Origin: Girardia tigrina
Lineage: Eukaryota
Reading direction: 5' to 3'
Assembly: GCA_001938485.1 (NCBI GenBank)
Contig: MQRK01232042.1
Span: 1-53,817 of the forward strand
Length of the DNA stretch: 53,817 bases
Part shown: in pieces, positions 1-12,645 of the stretch
How the letters are laid out: each line of letters starts with the position of its first letter
How positions within the stretch are numbered: position 1 is the stretch's first letter
The notes under the pieces: generated by a model
What the model saw: only the letters and a program-made list of their open reading frames with translations
Databases searched by the model: none
What the model was told of the DNA's origin: nothing
Program-made: the position numbers and the translations under genes

Positions 1-29
1 GGGGGGGGGTTGTGTGTCGAATGCCCATT

Positions 30-590
30 TTTCCCCTACTATCTTTATTATAGCGACTGATTAGGCCTTCGTCTACCAGTTTACGCCTTATATTTTGAAC
101 TAAATGGAATAAACATACTTGTAAGCTAGCATTAGGAAAAGCAGAAGAGAAAGCATTTATCACCGCAACCTCAAAGTCTAATGATATTACTGTAGGGTAA
201 AATGTAGGTCAATATTAAATTATCATTTGAATCATTCGAGTATACGTCTGCTCCTTTTTATTTGGTAGAAGAGCGTATAAAATCGGTACGACATAATTAC
301 CGCGTTGAGCCATGATAACAAAAATTTGGGCAAAAAGTATTGGAGCTAATTTAAAAGTTCCATCGACGAAGATTTTTTCAACTTGATTTATCCTATTTCT
401 CACACTACCTTTAGCAAAAATTAAAATTCTCTTCCGATCACCATATCCAGAATCAGATAATAAAAATGATTCATCTTCATAATTTTTTATAATTTTCATA
501 TATTTCGATAGAAGCTCGATCTAGAGGTTGTGCTGGTGTAATATTCACTACCTTTCTTGTTCGATTAATTCTTTTTCGAATAGCTTCCTG
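30..590 (-). pseudogene. Mutator-like (MULE) transposase fragment
   Basis: ORF 215-499 has IFVDGTFK...YALLPNK. The same frame continues past two stops as PTVISLDFEVAVINAF...VCLFHLVQN, giving the first two catalytic D residues and the MULE CxxH motif. Confidence 0.85.
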
Positions 591-649
591 AGCCATAATC
601 TATGATTTATTTTCCATTTTGTTTGATGACCGTTTGCCCTCTCTCTGAC

Positions 650-1510
650 AACTTGAAAATTCCACGCTCGTAGAAAGTATGATCCTTTTCGGCCAAAAAC
701 TGATTTAAGTAAGATTTTATAGCGTCATCATCATTGAAAGTTTTACCATGATGGGAATTTTTCAGGGATTGAAATAAAAGTTAATCCGATTGCGTGAGAT
801 CAGAACTATATGGTTGGTGCCACATCAATTCCCAACCAATATCCATCAATTTTTGCCGAATGTCAAAAGATGTGAGACTTAGAATCATCGTGATGGAAAA
901 TGACGAATTTACGATTGAACAATTCTGGTAGCTTTTTCTTGACCACTTCATTCTATTCGTCCAGTTGACGAAAATTTATCTCCGAATTAATAGTTTGGTT
1001 CATTGGAAGCAGGCCGAAATACATTGGACCTTTTCAATCCCACCAAATAGACAGCAAAAAAAATTTTGATGGATATTTACCTTTGAAGTGGTTTGCAATA
1101 ACTCATAAGGTGTGCATCATGATCGATTTTGATTGACATTTTCATCTCAAGTGATGATTCGTTTAAAAAAGATCGAATTTATTACGTTTAAGCAAGGAAT
1201 CACAAGCGTTTGTGTGATTTGTCAGATGAAGTTCTTTCAAATCATATGGAACCCAAATATCCAGCTTCTTGATGAGACCGACACGTTTTAAATGTTTCTA
1301 TGCCGAAAATTTGAAATCACTTCGACGATTTATCGAAGCGGCCAAATTTTTTCAATGGATGATATTAAACTTTTCGCAGTCAATGGATCCATTGCATGAT
1401 CTCATGATCATATGCAAAGTTAACAAAATAATCCAACTTAACTACACCCAGAAACAGTAATCTTTTGCTACCAAACTACAACTCAAAATATCAAAAAGAT
1501 GCATCCATTT
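650..1510 (-). mobile_element. Degraded mariner transposase relic
   Basis: Reverse strand gives GWELMWHQPYSSDL, a WVPY(D)L motif, 'LSIWWD*KGP' and a FHHDD-like segment; many stops and indels. Confidence 0.8.
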
Positions 1511-1699
1511 TATGTAAGTAAAAAAACTTATCCGCACGGAAGCCTCCAAAACAGCAGTTTTAGCCAGTTTAAACCATGAAATTAACACAAATAATCTTCG
1601 ATCGCATTCTTTCCCAAAAAAACTAGGGCAAGCTAAAAAGAAAAACTCGCAATATACTTAAAATTTTGAAAATTTAGACACTTTCCGTAAGGATCCTTG

Positions 1700-2620
1700 G
1701 TCCTAATGTATACCGAATTTTTTTACTCGGTATGTAGTCAATGAAAACTCCTTTAAAGGACAGTAGCGTTATATTGAGTTTCTAAACCGATTCTCCTACA
1801 GGTTAGAATATGGCAATGGAACCAAGAACGTGGTAGTCAACTTCCTGGCAATTCTATGTATGAAATAGAGATTTTGACAACAACTGAGACAGAGATCTTC
1901 AGCTAACAGAACAAATAAAAAATGAACTCGTCATCAACAAGAGCTTCAAAACCAACACTTTCCGAGGTATTCTCTTTGACCTCATTAACTCCAGTAAAAT
2001 ACTTATACTTCCAACGAGTTTCCGCTGTCCCGAGTTCTAAAGTTCACATTGGTTTTTACACACAGGTGCTAGTACAACTCTCAATCTTATTCACGCCTGC
2101 TATGTATGACAAAGAATTAAAGCTGATAAAGGAAAATGGGTGAAGGATAGTCATGTGTGCAAATTCAAGAAGATTTTGAGACACAAAAAATCCAATATCG
2201 GTTCATTTCCTAAGAGGGGCTATCCTGCAAATGGATATTGTTAACCCGTCACCACCTTCAGACTGTAAGACATTTATGATAACCTTCATCAACAGGCAAA
2301 CTCTGTCTCGGAAAGTCGTACCCTTTAATAATATCACTATATAATCGATCATCAGAGATTTTAAGAGCACTGTTAATGCTCATGAATCTCACTTGATATC
2401 CAGAAAAAAATAAGACAAGTTTTCTTACTGAAAACACAGAAGGACCGCGAATATATTTATTGTGCGGAGTGAAAACCCTCCGACTCTCCAAGCAAGATAC
2501 AATGGATCATATTAATTCATAAGTGCTCCAGCGATATGAAGAACCTACTCAGCAACATCGATGATGTGAAGAAGATAATTTAGATGGACTGGGTAAAGCT
2601 TACCTTTACTCCGAAATATG
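1700..2620 (+). mobile_element. Ty3/Gypsy integrase relic
   Basis: Frameshifted pieces HTGASTTLNLI...KWVKDSHVC (HHCC zinc finger), MDIVNPSPPSD (first catalytic D), VVPFNNIT and PTLQARYNGSY (GPY/F module). Confidence 0.7.
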
Positions 2621-3049
2621 CATTAAAGTCCCCAGGGACTTATGTAAAGTAATAACTTTACTTTTCTAAATTATTATTAAAATAGTAATAATTTTAATAA
2701 TAAATTCATTTGTTTAAATCAATGATTATTAAATAAAATAAACAATTTGAAAATTCCTTTTCGAATTTTGTCTAAAAATGGATAATTGCATATTCATGAT
2801 GTAAGTAATATACTTTACCTTTAAAAAAGATCTGTGTGATTAAATTAAGAAATTTGAACAAACCAGTACCGTACTCAATGTCGAGAAAGGGGTAAACCAC
2901 CTTTTAGTTAAGCTATACTAACTACACATGGGAAGGAGTCAAGGGAATAGTTTTGATAGTTATAGTATAAGTTCAATAGCTAATGATTTGGGATATCAAT
3001 GTCTTAAGTATGGAAGATTATGTGATCTAAGTTGAAATTTTATCATTAC

Positions 3050-3340
3050 AAAATTTGTTAATGTTGCTTGATAATATATTGTAGATTGATGAAGCACATT
3101 TCATATTATTTGGGTATGTGAATTCCAAAATATATGTTATTTGGGATGATAAAATTATTCATCAAGCGCATCCTAAGCCTCTTTTTTATTAAGGATTACT
3201 ATATAATATGGCTTTACAAGCAGGCTTATAATTGAATAAAATTTATCAAGGTGCAAAAGGTAAATAATGATTTTTGCATCGTCACTATCATAAGTCAATT
3301 GTACTTCCACATGATGGAGACTTTTGTGTGACCTAAGTTT
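3050..3340 (+). mobile_element. Tc1/mariner-superfamily (rosa/DD41D-like) transposase fragment
   Basis: DEAHFILFGYVNSK resembles the DEAHFxLxGYVNKQN motif. Confidence 0.6.
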
Positions 3341-3489
3341 TAATAAAATAGTGTTTTGGAATAATTTTCTTTTATTTTCTAATTAGCAAAGTCTGAAGTT
3401 TTTTGTTTATCTACTAGATGTATAAGCTTAAATTCGCTGTTTTTTTTAGTGAAAAGAACACTTGTTAGAGAAAAGCAAAAGTTACCTAT

Positions 3490-4150
3490 ATATTTTCCCA
3501 TCTCTCAGGTAATTTGCGTATCCCATGCCAAAATAATTCTTCATGTTTCAAGGCAAACCACTCATCAAGTCATTTTTTAATGTCTTCGTACGAATTAAAG
3601 TGCTGTTGGGCGAGTGCGTGACACATCGACGAAAGCAGGTTGTAGTCCGAAGGAACCAGGTCTGGGGAATAAGTCGGATATTAGTTTTGAACTATTTTTG
3701 ATGTGCACGATGGGGCATTGTAATGGAGGAAAATCAACTTCTTATTTCTTTGTTCATAATACGGCATTTTTTGTGTAAAGCATGATCAAATTTAACTAGT
3801 TGTTGGAGGTAGCGGTAAGCATTGAAAGTTTTACAAGTTTGTAACAGCTTATAGTAGATGACACTCTGCTGATCCCACCAAATGCACAGAATTGTCTTGC
3901 GGCCAAAGTGATTTGGTTTTGGAGTCCATGTTGATGGTTGAATTTAGGATTCTCAAAGTATATCCATTTTCATCTCCAGTTACCACAAGATGCAGGAACG
4001 ACTTTCTTTCTTGTCTGGCAAACAAGATTTCACATGTATTTTGAGTAACACCTAACTGCTCGGCAATCATTTTTGCGATTGGGTATTGTTCTCATTCAAA
4101 AGATCCTGTAATTCATAATCCTTAACTTTTTTGGGTAGATTTTCACGCTT
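3490..4150 (-). mobile_element. Mariner relic (Mos1-like)
   Basis: HLVVTGDE, LHYNAPS, YSPDLVPSDYNLLSSM and WHGIRKLPERWEK on the reverse strand. Confidence 0.85.
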
Positions 4151-5689
4151 CTTGGGACATTGGTCAAAATTTCAGATTGTTGTTATTATAGGGAAAGTCT
4201 ATATAGGCAACCTTTGAACATCGAAATTCTATACCAGTGAGCTTGATATACTTCGAAGCAGGGTTAACCAAAGTTTAAAATTTAAAATAATGTAATAAGG
4301 AAGTAAATATTTAAACAAAACATTAATTATCCTATTAATAATCCAAAATCTAAAAACCGTTTTCTTCAAACTATTTTCATTTACTTGACTCCAAATCCGA
4401 TCACTGAAAGATTTGTAATTTTCTTTAATATTGAGGTAAAAGAGTTGCTAGATTGCAAAATATATTTCAAAGAAGTAAAAAAGTTAATAGTTCTAAATAT
4501 TCGAATACACCACTAAAATATTCGGATATCGAATAATTAAAACAGTCCAAATATATCCGGATATTCGAATTGGGAACTCTACTCCCGAACCCGTCATCCG
4601 AAAATTGAAAAGAACAGAGACAAAGTAAATAATTACCGTTTATCAATTTCCAATGAAACTATTAGTCCAAGAATAAATAAAAATTTAATGTTCTAAATCA
4701 AAGCTTTAAGGTAGTTCATAAATTGTTTAAGATCTATTACCATTACATGATAATAAATTTGATTAAATTGATTTAATTAGTTGATACAAAATTTATGATA
4801 TATCAAAGTCTTTAGATTCCAAATTTTCTTATTTCCCTAAAATTTATCGTTTTTAATATTTCTCAAAATTTTATATTGAAATACAAAAGGACTCAGAAAT
4901 ATTTGATGAATGCTTAGTCCACTGGGAATCTAGTAATAGATATTTAACCTACAGACGAAAATAATAATATTTTATAATGTTTTATATAAAAAAGGCAAAA
5001 TAAATCATGTTAAACATTTGTTGTTTTAATATTTTTGAGAAAAATTCTAAAATCACTAAATTAATGCATTGTTTAATGATTCATTTCCATAATCCTCTAA
5101 AAAGATAGAGAACCCCAAAATCTTAAGAATAATTTCCGGAACAAAAAATTTCTATTAACAAAAATTATTATTCTCAGACATGCCTAATTTTTGTGGGATA
5201 TTTTTATTTGTATCAAGACAATGTTTATAATAATTATTATTATATTTTCCTTATCATCTTGGCACATATTTAGATAACCACCAGCGAAAAGAAGAAAAAA
5301 GTTAGTGAATTAATTTAATACAATATTTATGGTTGTTTTTCTATGTTTTTATATATAAGATGATCAAAAAATTCATTCCATATTTTTAATCTATTATAAA
5401 AAATAAACAAATATATTGTAACACAAGTAAAATTTTTATATAAAATTTTGTTTTAAGCTAATAATGAGGGTTTAAATTTTTATTTATTTGACATAATTTT
5501 ATTTGGCGCTATTTTAAAAATGTATCTGCCATCAGAACGTGTTGAAATGGAAGCGAAATATAAATTTTACACATTAGTAAAACATGATTTACTGAAGAAT
5601 GATTGGGACAAAAATCAATTATATTATACTGTGCTAAATACCTATCAAAAATTCTAAGAATCAAGAGTTGTAAATGAATATTAAAAAAG

Positions 5690-6010
5690 TGGACGACCAA
5701 GTAAAGAGGAAAAAAAGAAAAACAGCAACTGGAGGGGATAATGTTCAGATCAATATAAGAAGATTATCAAATGAAATAAAATTTACTCACTCATCAATTC
5801 AAGAAACATTGAGAAAAAGGCTCAAATTATTCCCATAAAAAACAGTCTTGCTGAAACTATCTGAAAAAGATAAAGCAGCAAGAGTTGCTGTGTATGAGAA
5901 GCTACTTCAAAAATTTTTGGACAAAATTATTTTCTCGAATGAGAGCTTTCACACTACATGGTATTGTAAATCATTACAATTGTTTCACATGAAGGACAAC
6001 TATAACAGAT
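5690..6010 (+). mobile_element. Second rosa/DD41D-like transposase fragment
   Basis: LRKRLKLFP*K...LSEKDKAARV...IIFSNE..FTLHGIVN across frameshifts. Confidence 0.55.
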
Positions 6011-7259
6011 GAAATTGTGATGCGTTTTGAAGGCTAAAAATTATTATTTTAGTCACCTAAAACGACTTATTGTCGTTAGAATAATAATAAAATAAATTAA
6101 AAAATAATAGAATGATCGATTTATTGAATAAAAATTAAGTTGGAAAATTAAAATGGAATATTAAGCGCTTGTCGAATGCGAGTTCGTTTTTTTGTCAATG
6201 TCAGGAAATTCCCCGGTATTAATAATTCGGACTATTCCATCATAATCCAGTTAATAAATTCTTTCTTATATTGAACTAATTTTCATAACTACTGAGTGAA
6301 ACCCAGTCAATTCTCTGAATCAATCAACTTAATCAAGTTTCAATTCAGTGATCAATATCAGTGAAAACTTCAAAAAATTTACAAAGTATTATTTTATTAT
6401 TACTATTTTCATTTCCACTCCGTGATTTTATTTATCTCATCGTTGTAATATTAACTTTTATATTTTTTTCATAATTTAGTACAGTAGTTTGTGTAATTAA
6501 ATTTAATAATTCCATTTAATTTGATTCACGATTCGATAAAGTCATTTCAGGTATTTCATATTAAAACTAAATTATCAATAACAAGAGCTTTATTTCTATT
6601 ATCTATATATTTTTTATTTTAAAACGGTAGTGAATTTAGATTTACTGAGCAAATTAACCGATCAGTTGACCTAAAATTTTACATACGCCGATCCCAAATC
6701 GATTACCAGTAAACAAAATCATTAATATTTACTTGGTAAAAACACGTCTTTTCTATCGGAAACAAATTAATTAATAAATATTCATAAATTAATAAATAAA
6801 TAATCATAAATTAATTCATAAATAATTACAAATTAATTAATAATTAAACATAAATAATTAAATAATCAAAAATTAATCTACATGAAATTGTAAGTAGTCG
6901 ATTAATAATAATATACTAATATATTTATTAATATATATATATATATATATATATATTGTATTATTATAATTTTTATTTAATAATTTTATTAAATCAATTT
7001 TCTTATTTTAATTCTATAAAGTAGGGAAAAATAATATTATTTATTGTACTGAATTATAATTATTTATATTAAAATATTGTATATTTATATATTTTTTCAT
7101 TTTTTAATAAAACTTTTTTCAATAAACTTTTATTTTTGGTGGTGAGAAAAAAGTTAGCATTGCTAACTATAAATATTTATTGGATAATTTTTTAGTTCCT
7201 TTGTTGAATTCTCGAGGAAGATATTTTCAATCCGTCTTCATCATGATGTACCCCCTGCA

Positions 7260-8045
7260 ATTATATACAAATGAAGTACGAAATTTCTTATATATCAGTA
7301 TTCCAAAATGTTTATATGGAAATGCGGTCACATTTCTTAGACAGCAAAATCTTCAGGTCTGTATTTTAAAGATTGACGAGAGAAGTGTTTTGTTGACAAT
7401 GTTGTTCGTAATGAAAAAAAGATAAATTTTATATAATAAGTGTTTCTAGGTTAAAATAAAAATTGATCTTTTGACGTTGGTCATTGCAAGATTAATCTGT
7501 CGCGTAAGTTCAACATCAAGATAGTCATTTTGTTGCATTTTGAACTTTTACAAAATGTATTTCATATCGCCGTCAAGTTTTTATGTAAACAGTTGGAAAG
7601 AGTCTATGGGAATTTTGTTATGTATATATTATTCTAGGTGAATCACTCACCATGAAGGTAGTCTTTTTAAAAGACACTGATAAGCTTCACAAAACCAAAC
7701 AAAAACTGAAGTTCAAACAATGTGACAACTTTTTGATTTTTCAGCATCCATTCAATAACCCAAACTTTGTTCCATCAGATAACGGTCTTCAATGCTCTGA
7801 CAAACATTTTTAATTGGAATAATTTCGAATCACGTCAAGATGTTGATGAAACATGACAATAATGTTTGATGTGAAGTAGCCAGATTGGTACTTTGATCAT
7901 ACCATAAAGCTTGTTGATCGATAGTAAGAAGTAGTGCATATTGATTACCTACATTTTAAATAATATATCGTCTTGTTTTAAAATAAATAAATACGTCAAT
8001 TTTTACTTATTTAGGAAATTTTACCAAACTTTTGGACCAGCCCTA
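7260..8045 (+). mobile_element. Degraded mariner (3' half with TIR)
   Basis: LHFELL, CKQLER and HPFNNPNFVPSD segments; ends in TIR-like aaacttttggaccagcccta followed by TA. Confidence 0.7.
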
Positions 8046-8047
8046 TA

Positions 8048-9597
8048 TTATGTTGTTGCATAAGTAATGTCATTTTGGTTACAATTAAACGAAAATGTTT
8101 ACCAAAAACAGTGTATTATTAATATTTTAAATGCTCACCATCAGATTCTATAACATTTCATCACCTAAAATTGAACTTTTCGATGCTTTTTTGATAAAAA
8201 TTTCTTTGCTTTGGAGTTAAAAAAATCTAGCAAGTCCTTTTTGATAGCCTCAAATGAATCATTTTCCAAGTAGACAGTGTTGCATAGAACGAAAAGAGGT
8301 GATAATCAAATGGAATAAAATTTGGACTATATGGTTGGTGAACAAAAACTTCCCACCTGAATCCTTTGATTTTTCTATTGCAATCTTAGCGGTATGTTGT
8401 CTTGAATTGGAATAAAAATCATTTTCTGTTAACAACACAAGGAAGCTTTACTGTTAATTTTTTATTAAAGGTGATATATGTTTGATCGTTTGCCATGGTT
8501 TAAGAAGTTCAAAGTTGTCAACATCTCTCAATTCTCACAAAAGATAAATTGAAACTTTTTTTGTGTATAAATTTAAGGATTCTGGAGGTTATCATTGTTA
8601 GAATTTGTGGGAACACCACTCAGAGAAGAACAAATATCCATAACTAAATTATATTTATTAATGACACTTAATTATCGAATATTGAAAAATATTTGGAATA
8701 ATTGATTGATTGCGTTGATCTTCTAATAATTCCAATTTCCACTCTGATTTTCAATTCCCGGAAAAAAATCTACCAAATATTAAAACAAATTTGTTTCTTA
8801 TTTAATTTACATTTAACTTATATTCTATTTATTTAATTATTTATTAAAAATATTGAGGAACTAAATTATTAAAGTTTTATTTTTTTGTTAAACCGATATT
8901 TTATAAAATTAGATTTAATTAACTAATTTAACTTAATTTCGATTGCCTATTTCAAAAATTTTCCGTTTACTATTAATTCCTAACAATCATAAAATTATCA
9001 TTACTCATCTCCTGTGATAACCCATTCTCTTAATGTTTCTGCTTGCTGTTGAGAGTAAAGAATATATATTTACTCGTTGAAGTTTTCTATCTTCCATAAA
9101 CTCGTGTGGGACCCAAACACCGACCTTTTTCATGTTTTCAGTTGATTTTAAGTTCAGGAATATAATATGTAATTCTTTGCAAAACGTTGCGGTAATTTCA
9201 TTCAATGTTTGTTGAAGGTCTTCATCCGCAACTGATGGACGTGCAGATTTTGGGACATCTTTAAAATCGAAATTTTCAGTCTTCCATTTGGAAAATCATT
9301 GTTGCACTTTACGCTTATTTCAGCATCATGAGGAATTTCATTGATAATTTTTGCTGCAGTTGTTGCTTTATTTGTTTGGTGAAATTCTTAAGGCATCTCA
9401 CAGTTATATTGCTCACCTGGAAATTTAGCTGCCATTTTTATTTCAGTTAGATTTTTTTAAATAAATTTGCACCAAATACACTGAAAACATACTTGCACAC
9501 ATCGCATGTTCGAAATCGTCAACGGTTTTTTATCAGGGAATATTAAAAAATTGAAACGTTAATACGAAAAAACAAAATTAATTTTGCAACGACATTA
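8048..9597 (-). mobile_element. Degraded mariner with both TIRs, split by a solo LTR
   Basis: Imperfect TIRs ttatgttgttgcataagtaat and attaattttgcaacgacatta, each flanked by TA; KKVGVWVPHE (ORF 9005-9205) and HQPYSPNFIPFDYHLFRSMQH. Confidence 0.8.
8596..8985. mobile_element. Solo LTR (390 bp)
   Basis: TGTTAG...CTAACA termini with exact 5-bp direct repeat ATCAT at 8591-8595 and 8986-8990; interrupts the mariner ORF. Confidence 0.8.
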
Positions 9598-10017
9598 TAT
9601 CTAAGAAAATGTTTACCATTATTAAATAACATTATCCTTTCCGAAAGTAAGATTTTACAAACTGTTGAATAGTGTATCTGGATAGACAGCAAAAAAGATG
9701 AATAACACAACACTGTTAAAGGAGATAACGGTTAAGTAAAATGTTCAATAAATTAATATAAAAACACTTAAAATAAATAATTTTTAAATGGACGAGACAA
9801 AAAAGTTTTTAATAATTATCTGTATAAACTGATATCCGCGATTATGAATACATTTTTGGATGTTAATTTATACGTCCTCTTCACGCATCACGCAGTTTCT
9901 CAGCCCTCTTACCATTTCTGAATGTATCATTTTAAGGTTATTAATCTATATTTCAGTAAAATATTTTGTCAGCAATGTTGTTGGGAAAGAATTTTCATTC
10001 TATTGAAAGTTGATCTA

Positions 10018-11306
10018 TTAGAGTGAACCAAAAGTCTTTTCGTATTTTCTAAGTCTTTGTTCAATTGTTTCTTATTACAAATAAAGATATTTTATATACA
10101 TGTGTTATATGTTTTTAAAGCTCTTGAACTGCTCTATCCTAATATATATATTAAAACTTCTAATTAGTCGTTAATATAATTTTTTATGGTCTTTTAGAAA
10201 AATCATGGAAAATTTTGAAATTCGTGTTCTTTTACGCCATTACTGGAAACAGGGCTTAAACGCAACTGCAGCAACAGAGAAGATATGCGAAGTTGAAGTC
10301 GATAATGTGGTCTCAAATCGTACTGCACAAAATTGCTTCAAAAGGTTCAACGAAGGTGACATTGACCTCGGAGACAATTCATATTCAGGCCGACCTATCA
10401 CCGTAGATTCCGGAGCAATTCGTGAAGCCGTCGAGACAAATCCGTCAATAAGTACTCGCATATTGTCGGCCGAACTCGATATTCCTCAAACATCCATTGT
10501 AAGACACCTTCACGTTCTTGGCAAGGTCAATAGACGATGTCGAGAAGTGCCTCATGAATTGACACGAATTCAAGCCAAAAAGCGTTTCGAAACTTGTCAA
10601 AAATTGCTTGAAAATCCGCGAGATGACCGTTTCATCCGTCGAATTGTAACTTGCGATGAAAAGTGGGTTTACTTCAGTAATCCATACCAACAAAATCAAT
10701 GGACTATGGACCCGGACAAATGGCGAAACAGGTAGCGAAACGAGATCGTTTCCCAAGGAAGTCCCTTTTGTGTGTTTGGTAGAATTTCGAAGGCGTAATT
10801 CACTTAGAGCTGGTTCCGAATGGTCGTACCATCGACGCTGACCTTTACTGCGCCCAACTTGATCGAATGTATGCGGCACTTGGTGAGAAATACCCCGCTT
10901 TGATCAATCGAAAGCGAGTTCTTCTACAACAAGACAATTTAAAACCGCACACCGCCAAACAAACAAAGGAAAAAATCAAAAACCTCAACGCCTTTGAACT
11001 TCTTCCACACCTAGCGTATAGTCCGGATCTTGCGCCATCCAACTATCACCTTTTCCGCTCTATGGCACACTTTCTTCGTGGTCGCAGCTTCAATAATCTG
11101 GCCGAGGTCGAAAACGGGTGTCACCAGTTCTTCGCCTCTAAGAACAAGGATTGGTACCGCAGCGGGATCGAACAACTTACCCATAGATGGGTTTTAGTTA
11201 TAGATTCAAATGGTCTTTACTTTGAAACTCAAATGTTTTTTATTTGTTGTAAAATTATGTTTAAATTTTTAATAAAAAATACGAAAAGACTTTTGGTTCA
11301 CCCTAA
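10018..11306 (+). mobile_element. Full-length mariner (1289 bp)
   Basis: About 30-bp TIRs ttag(a/g)gtgaaccaaaagtcttttcgtatttt with one mismatch; TA on both sides. Confidence 0.97.
10205..11230 (+). pseudogene. Mariner DD34D transposase, disabled
   Basis: ORFs 10205-10735 and 10867-11328 contain EVPHEL, TCDEKW, QQDNLKPH and YSPDLAPSNY; frameshift near 10705, a stop near 10780, and the third catalytic D changed to N. Confidence 0.95.
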
Positions 11307-11433
11307 TATAATAATGTTAAAATATTAAAAAAAGTTCTGTAATTTAATACCTTTTAATGTTATCCTCATTCAAAGTCATTGTCAAAAATTCTTGACAAAA
11401 AACATTAAGTAAGGTTAATGATAATAAAATATA

Positions 11434-12645
11434 TGTTACTGTTTTGGTAATCCCTGGGTTGCCCTTACCCTGACCCATTTTGTTCAACTCATATTTGAAA
11501 ATTTTTCAGCTCAAAGTAATAGTTTTTTGAAATGAAATTCAAAATTTTTATTTGACAAATCAATCGTTTTCAAAAAAATCAGAATTATTTTAGCTGATAA
11601 AATTCAAAAAAACAAATCGATTTAACCGTAATATTTTCAAATTACAATGACAATTTTTTTCAACTCGCAAATTCGTTTGGCAAAAAAGTTATTTGAAATT
11701 CTCGCTTTCAAATTTCAAAACAAATGAATTATAATTCGTCAGAGAATACTCGTCATCAGTAACTTAAATTTACTCGTTCGAAATATATTTTAAAAATCGT
11801 CCATTGAAATTAAATTCAATTTTGAAAACCGACTTTTTATTGCACGACCTAAAATAATATATTCAATCTCAACAACAATCAAATTCAAGAATTGACAAAC
11901 ACTTTGAAACAGTAAGAAAACTCCGATCGCAATAAATCAAATCTAAAAATCGTCAAACAAACGATTCTTTTAATATTTCATCACTCGAAAAATCAATATT
12001 TTATTTGTCTCAAAAAGTTCTTTTCGTTACTCAAAATTAAATAAGTCACGAAATTCAAATCACGCCGTAGTCCGGCCATTTGTGCTTGTACACCACATAC
12101 AGGACCACATGATTGGGTAATGTTTTGCCACCGCTTGGTACTTTCTTTCGCTGTCTCCTCTACCAGGTGGCGTCACTGTGTCGATGCGCCCGGTGATGAT
12201 CGGACCGTCGTAGGACACAGTCGTGTCATCGGAGGTCAAGGAATGTAGTTTGCAGGAATCTCGCAAGTATCGGCCGACAACCATGTCCGGGGAGACTGGG
12301 ATTCCGTTCAACTCGAATCATCGTAGATGTGACTTGAACCGCCGTGTGTTCCAACAATCATTGATTTTACCGTGAAAATATCGTGTATTATGACAAATGA
12401 GAGGAAATCGATATGAGAAAGCCGTATTATATTATTTATTTCGTCACACACAATTTGCAATTCTTTTAATTCTGTCATGAATTTTTATTAGTTTAAACAA
12501 CACACTTTAATTAGTTTTTATATATAATTTTTTTATTCATTTTTTCTTGTCTTTCTTGATGCTGGGTGTCAGGGTACTACACGCGTCAAATAAAAATTAA
12601 CAACTACGACAAATACTTCTTTGTTCGGATTTGAATTTCATAACA
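11434..12645 (+). mobile_element. Putative solo LTR or LTR-like element (~1.2 kb)
   Basis: TGTTA...TAACA termini, AATAAA about 55 bp before the end, internal inverted motif taccctgac/gtcagggta; no TSD found. Confidence 0.4.

Noticed and set aside
12063-12110. VVYKHKWPDYGV on the minus strand, resembling a tyrosine-phosphatase WPD loop
   Set aside because: Closely bounded by stops, no other PTP motifs and no convincing splice sites.
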